A stretch of 64,000 nucleotides of DNA from Octopus vulgaris (Eukaryota). Below, one piece after another: positions 54,641-64,000 of the stretch (positions are counted from its first letter, which is position 1; every line of letters begins with the position of its first letter). Location of the stretch: NCBI GenBank assembly GCA_951406725.2, contig OX597822.1, forward strand, positions 101,680,001 through 101,744,000. Reading direction: 5' to 3'. Below the pieces are notes generated by a model that ran no database searches, was not told where the DNA came from, and saw only the letters and a program-made list of their open reading frames with translations. Made by a program: the position numbers and the translations under genes.

Positions 54641-55799
54641 CAACAGATAGCAGAAAAAAACAAAAAATAATGTAGAATACTTGACTTGAATAGATTTGAA
54701 CGTCTGTCTTGTGTATTTATGTGCGTGGAATGTAGATATAACAAAAACAATGTCACATTTTAAACTTGAGAAAAACCTTGCATATTTGTTCATTCCTGTT
54801 TCGTTTGAGTTTGTAAAATCCGTAAATTTCCAAGAAGAAAACGAGATCAACGTCGAAAAAGCCGTCTTAGTTATAATAGTCCATTTGAGTTTTTTTTTTT
54901 TAATTATCAAACAGCCGAAATATTGCAACATGCATCAAAGAGCCGAAATATTGCAACACGTTTGGAGAAAAAGAAGAAATGTAAATTAACACTTGATTAA
55001 AGAAAATGCAAAAGAAAGAAATATAAATGACATTGATTTCTATTAATTTTAAAGCTAAATTAAACTAGATCTGTGGGACTATACAAGAACACGCTCGCAC
55101 ACACACACAAACACACACACACAAACACACACAAACACACACACTCACACACACAAGAACAAGCACGTACGCACACTCACACACACACACTCAAACACAC
55201 AAGAACAAGCACGTGCACACACACGCAGACATACACACGTGTACCCATTAGCTGCCACAGCATTAGGGGAGATACTGTACATATATGAAATATTAAAAGC
55301 GTTGCTTTAAAAAGTACAAAACTGGAATTGAAAAATGCGCACGCTCAGAAGGGTTACAGAATGCCATAATAAACTTTAAAATATACTAGACTAGCATTGG
55401 AATCGCTAAATGTTGTACATTCTGTGGCATACTTTTATCACAAGAAATTTGTTTAGTTCATCAAAATTAAGTTATATTAAAATTTAATGAAGCTGAATTA
55501 TCGTATACTCAATTTTAACAAAACAACTGTGTACAAATATTAATGTCATCTTTAAGCGATAATTCAATCTATGGATAATAATTTTTATAAATTTACGAGT
55601 AATCACTTTAAAATAATTTCGTAATAATTTGCTTTTATTCGCATAACTATTGCATTAATGTCTGTCATAATGCGAATTATTTTCGCTTATAATTATTTCG
55701 ATTTCATACTTTCGCTCTTATATATATTCGATCTCATTATAAATCCAGTTTATTTTATTTTTAATGATGGTAATTTGCATGCAGTTTGAAATATGCTTT

Positions 55800-57389
55800 T
55801 TACAGATGAGGTGGACCGAAACTCAGCTGCCCGTCCTAATGGTTTCCCAGCAATCCTGCTCAAACCGTGTAAGCGTGCCCTGGCGGAACCACTACAGATT
55901 GTCTTCCAGAGCTTTCTTGCAAATGGCAGGCTGCCAAGTAAACTGAAGGAGGGAATGATATGCCCAGTCCATAAAGGAGAAAGCAGAGCAGATGTCAAAA
56001 ACTATAGGCCTATCTTCATATATCAGCAAAGTCATGGAACAGATAGTCAGAGGGAAACTAATCGCAATCCTTGAAGAAAATGATTTCTGAATGATACCCA
56101 GCATGGTTTTCAACCAGGTAGGAGCTGCCTGACCCAACTCTTACAGCACTATGACTGGGTGTTGAGGCACTTACTTAACAACTCAAATGTGGAAGTAATA
56201 TACCTTGACTTTGCAAAAGCTTTTGATAAAGTGGATCACGGAATGATATACCACAAACTGCGTGATCTCAGCATAACTGGAAAACTTGGAGAGTGGATAC
56301 ATGAATTTCTGTAAGATAGAAGTTAGGCAGTAATGGCCAATGGAGCCACCTCAATGAAAACACAAATAGTGAGCGATGTTCCACAGGGCACTATCTTGGG
56401 ACCACCGCTTTTCATAGTGGTCCTCTCAGATATGTCCTCAGCTGCCCGGATTGCCACCCTTCCATACGATACGAAAATCTCGTAGAAAATACAAAATCAC
56501 AGCGATGTTGCACACCTGAAGCAGGAGCTGGACTCAATTTACAGATAGTCTGAAGATAATGATATGCAGTTTAATGCTGAAAAATTCCAAGCCCTCCTCT
56601 AGCAGAGTCCAAAACTGAATATAAAAGTTACGGGGTACACTGGTCCACAGGCTATTACAATCCCAGGGCCTCAATTGGTGAGGGATCTGGGTATCGACAT
56701 GAGTGATAATACGTCTTTCCAAGTACACATTATCAGGATGGCGACAAATTGCAGACGACTGGCTGGCTGGATCCTAAGAACGTTCAGAACCAGAGAGAAA
56801 GAAACTTTGATGGTCCTCTGGAGGACATTTGTCCTCAGCCGCCTGGATTACTGCTCCTAGCTATGGTTACCCAACAATGAAGCTTCACAAAGAAGATCGT
56901 CTCATTACAACAGTTCAGGTAGTGGAAAAGGCTGAAACAGCTCTCTACTCCCTGGAGCGAAGGCGGGAGAGGTGTGCAATAATATACATCTGCAAGATCC
57001 TGGAAGGAATTGTGCCTAATTTTGGCATTGAAAGCTACACAAAGCCAGAACGGCTCGACACTGCACAGTGCCAAAGATCCTAGCGCTTCAGGACCAGTTA
57101 CTGCAACAGCCTGTATTTCAGGAGCCCACAGCATTTTGATATTCTCCCTAAGAGCCTAAGGGACTTACACAAAGTGGATATAGGTGTTTTTAAATCAAAA
57201 CTGGACCTCTTCCTTCCGAGAGTCCCAGTTGAACCTACCGCAAGGCAAGAGGTGCAAATGAGGGTAGCGACATCAAACTTCCTTATTCACCAAATGCTAC
57301 ATATTAGAGGAGGCTCTCAATAATAACAGTGTAGCGAAACGGCGATGCCCCAGCGTGTCCACAGCTCTGCGCTGAAACTAGAAAAAGAA

Positions 57390-57395
<6 letters not shown>
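55800..57395 (+). mobile_element. 5'-truncated decayed CR1/L2-group LINE (RT domain to 3' end)
   Basis: PVHKGESRADVKNYRPI, QHGFQPGRSCLTQLL, YLDFAKAFDKVDHG, VPQGTILGP, RDLGI and LDYCS motifs with many stops. Its 3' part is homologous to 1617-2378. Confidence 0.92.
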
Positions 57396-57449
<54 letters not shown>

Positions 57450-59429
57450 GATGTGTGTGTACGTGCGTGCGTACGTACGTGTGTCATTTAACGCTAAGCT
57501 AACGTTAAATTCTTCAGTATTTAATTCAGCCTTTTTTTTAATTCACCAATGTATTTTTTCCTATTCGATAAAATAATGCATTGGAAAATACAAAAAAATC
57601 GTCTCTGGCTTCAGAATAAATCTACTCCCGTCAGATGCCTTAGAAATAGTGCTGGCAGCTACCTATTCTCGTCTAATTAAAATCCAAAAGTAATTGAAAT
57701 AGTCAGTCTTTTACAGAGGCATTTATTACTCGGGTTCTTTGAATATTAAATGTGCGTGGTTTGGATCAAACAAAATGAAATGAGAAACCTGAAGCAATAC
57801 TTCTAAAAGCTACGATTTTTTGCTTTTTCAATAATTTTATCAGCAGTTTGATTATGCCAACAGAATTATATTTTGTTGATGCAGAGATACTATTTTTGAA
57901 ATACCACGTAACACAATTTTGAACTAATATAATCTACTCAATTACAATATAATCAGTGTAAAGCACTGTTTAAAGTAAATTTTCCTCTTTCTTTTCATCA
58001 TTCTAAATTAATGATTAATTTCATGGATCGCTATTAACTTAGTACTGTTCAAATTGTTAAATATTTCATTTTTATTTTCCTATTGCCTTTACACACACTC
58101 ACACACACACATTATGTATGTATGTATGTATGTATGTATGTATGTATGTATGTATGTATGTATGTATGTATGTATGTATGTATGTATGTGTACACGAAAG
58201 TGATTTTTCCTATCTGAATGAATTTATCATGTTTTGAGAAAACAAAATTAAAAGAACTCCTACGTAAAAACTGAACTAACAACAAAAATCGTTTGAGATA
58301 TTTTGAAAGAGTAATTTTGTAACTAGATGACAATCAACCAATTAATTTCATACCTTAGACTTGATTGAAAATAATGACAATGTTCGAAGTAAAACACAAA
58401 AACACCAAGACGCAGACGATATGTCACGTATAAACGCAGACGATACATCACTTATAAAATAAAGATGGATGCGAATTTAGAGAAAAAATTCGATGATATC
58501 AACGATGATTATGATGATAAAGATAAAGATCATGACGATGGCGTGGCGGGAATAATGACAGTGATGATAAAGCTGATTAACACATAACGCACATTAAATA
58601 TTGCTATTAATATAATACAATTTAGCAAGGAAATTAGAGGTGTGAGTTTAAACAGTTCATTATATTATCAAAACAATGAGGTTTGTGATTATGAAGGCCA
58701 TGTATTATAATATCGGTGACAATTTTGAAAACAATGACTTATAACTTTTTTCTGTTCTTAGTATTTTACAAAATTGTTTCCTGGAGAATATTTCATTATC
58801 TTACTATGCAACAGATATGAATAAAATTTTACTTTGTACGAAAATCTATTTCTTTATTTTCATGATCTGAAGAAATTTTGCATAGGGAATACACAAATTT
58901 AAGAAGTGATGGATATAATAAAAGTTCACAGGTTCTGTATCTTTCCTCATGTTATTTGTTACATCATTATTTGATTTCAAAATATCATAGCTAATTTGAA
59001 ATCAAATGATGGGGCAATCCCCTTGAAGCTTTCTGTTGTCTCACGACTGAGAATACATCGATTTAAACATATATTACTTCACTATAAAATACCAAAGTGA
59101 GACTATGTTCGAAGTCTGTTTTGAAGAATTTTCTTTTTTCTTTCATAGAGCCAAACTGATTCACAGCCAGGAAAGTACAATAACCTCTTTGCTGTAGTCT
59201 GTTCTGCACGAAGTAGCAGCTAAATCTCACTTTGACAGACCCCATTTTTATAAAAGCATTGGTTAATTTGGTTCGAGATAATGTCTTAAAAGAATGTTAT
59301 AGTAGGCTTTAAAATGCCTATATTATTAGATTAGTATTTTGGATATAATTTTCTATGTGTACTCCAGTAAATAAGGTTGTCCTGCAATTGAAGTTGTGGT
59401 CCAATTGGTAAAATCCAAAATTTGTAAAC

Positions 59430-59458
<29 letters not shown>

Positions 59459-59463
<5 letters not shown>

Positions 59464-59747
59464 GGCGCAATGGCTCAGTGGTTAGGGCAGGATCGCGGTT
59501 TCGATTCCCAGACCGGGCGTTGTGAGTGTTTATTGAGCGAAAACACTTAAAGCTCCACGGGGCCCCGACAGGAGGTGGTGGCGATCCCTGCTGTACTCTT
59601 TCGCCACAACTTTCTCTCACTCTTTCTTGTTGGCCTGCTCGCGTAGCGGGTGGCGTCATTTGAAGGCTAAAACAATGTGAAGCGCATTGTGACCAGCGAT
59701 GTGTAACAACATCTGATAGCCTGGTCGGTCACGGTGATCACGGTGAT
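59459..59747 (+). mobile_element. SINE family B with a deletion in the tRNA head
   Basis: Matches the 18852 copy but lacks CGGACTCGCGGTCATAG. Confidence 0.9.
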
Positions 59748-59757
59748 ATATATATAC

Positions 59758-59793
<36 letters not shown>

Positions 59794-60296
59794 GCATATT
59801 TACTGTATTCATCCTCTGTCCATAGCTTTTCGTCTCATATGCACGTTTTTGTCATTCAGTTTTAGTCCTTGTTTGTACATCATTTCAGTGATATTCTTTT
59901 TCCATGGTGAAACTGAAGGAGTAGTACACTTGAACTTAAATTCTTTTGACTGTAATCACGCAGAAACTATGATGAACCTGGTCGCTAAGTGCGATGAAAG
60001 AATTTCTATGTCTTTAATGTTCGATATCCTTTTCAGTTAATCTTTCCCACGTTACATTTCCATTTCTTCCACTCACACTTTCTTTTTATGTGTGTATGTA
60101 CGTACACATATAAAGTTTATTGGAAGGAAAATATTGTTCTGTCGACTGGAGTTTTATGTCACAATGCAAAATTTGATAATATTTCGACAAAACATTGTTC
60201 TTTCAGACAACAGAAAGAAAATAGTTGCGTACTCCGAGAATAATATGAAAGAAGAAGCATTTGGCTAAATACAAAGTATGTCGAAATTTTGATAGA

Positions 60297-60370
<74 letters not shown>

Positions 60371-60385
60371 CTATATATATGTATA

Positions 60386-60445
<60 letters not shown>

Positions 60446-60707
60446 TCTTATGAACTAACTCTGAAATCGGGTCCGATATGGTAATAACGGAATTTTTTTG
60501 AAATTTCTGTCGGCTTTCTTCGAAACGCGTGCCTGTAGTGATAAATTACATGGTTATTGACGTTATGTCTATTTTCGGCATATTTTGGCATTATAATTTT
60601 TTCTTTTGCCCTTACTTATAAATTCTTTATAAATTTAATCTTTAAAGGTATTTTGTAATATGCTGACAATTCATAGAATTTTTTTCGAAACCTTTCATCC
60701 TACATTA

Positions 60708-60887
<180 letters not shown>

Positions 60888-61414
60888 TATGTATGTATGT
60901 ATGCATGTATGTATGTATGCAGAGAAACAAGGAAATGTATGTATACAGAGAAACGAGGAAGAATGTTGTAAGGAAATGTTTATCAATTACGAATATAGCT
61001 AAACAGACGTGAATTTCCTTTCATGGTGAATTTGTTTGATGGCCATGCATTATACTGCATCCTCGAATGAATTCTATTATATCATTCAAGTCCAATACCG
61101 GAATATTCAGTTTCAACTAAGTAAATAACAACCTGGTACTTACCCACAACTGACGTAGTACAAACACGGGAGTGACGCATAGTGAAGTGATTAAGATACT
61201 TATATTTCGTATAGAAGGCGCACTTTAGGAGGAAAATGCTTTTTATTAGATTACAGTTCAAAGATCAACCCCTCGATCCGCTGATGACTTTCTCTAAGGG
61301 AAATGGTTTCCACTAACTTCATTTCATAATAATGTATTTATCTAGTGTGTTTTTAGTGTGGATTTGAGTGATATTTTCAGACCACAAATACATGTACAAT
61401 TTAAATGCAATAAT

Positions 61415-61469
<55 letters not shown>

Positions 61470-61530
61470 GGTGTTGTTAGTGTGGATTTGAGTGAGATTC
61501 ATCAGACCACAAATATATGTACAATTTAAA

Positions 61531-61571
<41 letters not shown>

Positions 61572-62381
61572 AAAACTCGTATTTTATACCTTTGAAAGTT
61601 TTTTATGTTTCTGGAGTCCTTCATAAGAGATAGTTCAGCTTTGTTTTTTTTTTAATGAAGTAAAAATAGATTAAAAGGATATTAGCATTCTGGCCAGAGA
61701 TATATTACTCCGTCACTGACAAGATAGGAACACTGTATGTTAAAATGCACTTATATCACTTATATCAGAGGAAATGAGATAATCCCGAAAAATGACAGCG
61801 ATCGTAGCTATAGTTAGTTACGGTTATTCTCATACCACACCTGTTAATTGTTATTTTCTCAACAATAAACACTTTGCTATTTCCGTACTTTAGCTTCTCA
61901 AAAATTAAAAAAAAAAACCAATTTCATCAGCGATAATGATTTATTGTAGGCATTTATTTTTCGATTGAATAAACCATATTTTCAGGTTCAATACAAGTAT
62001 AGTGAACAACATTTGACTTTTGATTATAAGACAGTTACTTCAAATTATCTACGAAGCAATGTTCTTAACTGTAATAGCCATGTCAACTTTCGTGAGAGAA
62101 ATCATTTAACATATCACTGATTGTCTTAATTCATCATTCGTTCTCTACTCTTGCACAACATCTTGACAAATCGTCATAAATTGTTAATTCATTTTCTATA
62201 TCGACCGACATGTAAATTGTGTGACTGGGACATTATATCGAGTCATAACAGCAACAACGAATGATACAAAAATCGATATATTTAAATGGTCAAACTCCTG
62301 AGCTGAACTCGAAAACAATCTATGTATGGCTGTATATGTGTATGTATTATGTATGTGAGTGTGTATGTATTATGTATGTGA

Positions 62382-62423
<42 letters not shown>

Positions 62424-62605
62424 GCATACGCACATGCACACACACACGCACACACACACGCACGCGCATATACATTATTTTATATTTAGTTTCAGGTGAA
62501 ATTTTTCTTCTCTCGAAAATGTTAAATAAGACCGTATATAGCTACATTTCATTCAAAACTCTTTAATAAGTGTATATAATTAATAAGTGTATATATGCAT
62601 AATTT

Positions 62606-62606
<1 letters not shown>

Positions 62607-62701
<95 letters not shown>

Positions 62702-62782
62702 TGTTTCTTTATTAGCCACACAGGGCTGCACACAGATAGAACAAATTACAAGGTAGAGCTTTTCTTTTGAGGGTTAAAAAAA

Positions 62783-62827
<45 letters not shown>

Positions 62828-62836
62828 GGATGGATG

Positions 62837-62907
<71 letters not shown>

Positions 62908-62927
62908 GATGGATGGATGGATGGATG

Positions 62928-62978
<51 letters not shown>

Positions 62979-62994
62979 GATGGATGGATGGATG

Positions 62995-63053
<59 letters not shown>

Positions 63054-63070
63054 GGATGGATGGATGGATG

Positions 63071-63151
<81 letters not shown>
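62607..63151. repeat. (GATA)n/(GATG)n microsatellite with an embedded unique segment of about 85 bp
   Basis: Read directly from the sequence. The insert is at 62701-62785. Confidence 0.95.
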
Positions 63152-63152
<1 letters not shown>

Positions 63153-63315
63153 CATGTAGGTGCGTAGGTAGTGTCATAGAGAAACTGAGCAGCACAGTGG
63201 GTGCTATAGTTAACGAAAATATAAATAGTTTGAGAGAGAGAAAAAAATAAGAACGGCAACAGATCGAAAAGAAAACAAAACGAATTGAAGAAGCAAAATG
63301 GAGGCGAAGCAGTAT

Positions 63316-63733
63316 CTCTTTTACTCTTTTACTCTTTTACTCTTTTACTTGTTTCAGTCATTTGACTGCGGCCATGCTGGAGCACAGCCTTTAATCGAGC
63401 AAATCGACCCCGGGACTTATTCTTTTTTTTTGTAAGCCCAGTACTTATTCTATCGGTCTCTTTTGCCGAACCGCTAGGTGGCGGGGACGTAAACACACCA
63501 GCATCGGTTGTCAAGCAATGCTAGGGGGACAAACACAGACACACAAACATATACACACACACACTTATATATATATATACATATATACGACAGGCTTCTT
63601 TCAGTTTCCGTCCACCAAATCCACTCACAAGGCATTGGTCGGCCCGGGGCTATAGCAGAAGACACTTGCCCAAGATGCCACGCAGTGGGACTGAACCCGG
63701 AACCATGTGGTTGGTTAGCAAGCTACTTACCAC
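63316..63733 (-). mobile_element. SINE family A lacking the first about 17 nt
   Basis: Colinear with the other copies. Confidence 0.92.
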
Positions 63734-63944
63734 TGTGTTTGCATGTGTGCTTGTATTTGTCTGTGCATGTGTTTGTTGCGTGTGTGCGTACGGGTGTGTG
63801 TGTGTGTACGTGTTTGTGCGTGCGTGTGCATGCGTATGTGATTTTAATCGCATGGAATTCACTGTTAGCTTTGAATTATTTAAAACAATATAGAAAATAA
63901 AAGAAATCATTAGGTCTGATGTCTCAGTCTATCTATACTTATAT

Positions 63945-64000
63945 GTGGAGGCGCAATGGCCCAGTGGTTAGGGCAGCGGACTCGCGGTCATAGGATCGCG
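63945..64000 (+). mobile_element. Family B SINE head, cut by the window end
   Basis: GTGGAGGCGCAATGGCCCAGTGGTTAGGGCAGCGGACTCGCGGTC. Confidence 0.85.

Noticed and set aside
61281-61312. CTGATGA...GAAA possible hammerhead
   Set aside because: There is no convincing stem I or stem III, so it may be a chance match.

Overview
This is a 64 kb AT-rich, microsatellite-saturated stretch of animal genomic DNA. The repeat repertoire suggests an octopus or other coleoid cephalopod (my inference, not checked against a database). I found no supportable host protein-coding exon, tRNA, rRNA or CRISPR array, and nearly all ORFs in the track are translations of microsatellites or SINEs. The window is a transposon graveyard. 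It holds at least three tRNA-headed SINE families, CR1/L2-type, RTE-type and R4/Dong-type LINE fragments, two mariner remnants, a Tc1 element with IR/DR ends, a Chapaev-type transposase remnant and two non-autonomous Helitrons. The most interesting signal is about 10 minimal type-I hammerhead ribozyme motifs, several inside inverted-repeat cassettes that look like Penelope-like element (PLE) termini. Their catalytic cores show three versions of the 3-8 tertiary pair: C-G, U-A and G-C. Other highlights are a SINE/LINE shared 3' stem-loop with compensatory changes, an ABAB higher-order SINE tandem array, and modular tail swapping among SINEs.
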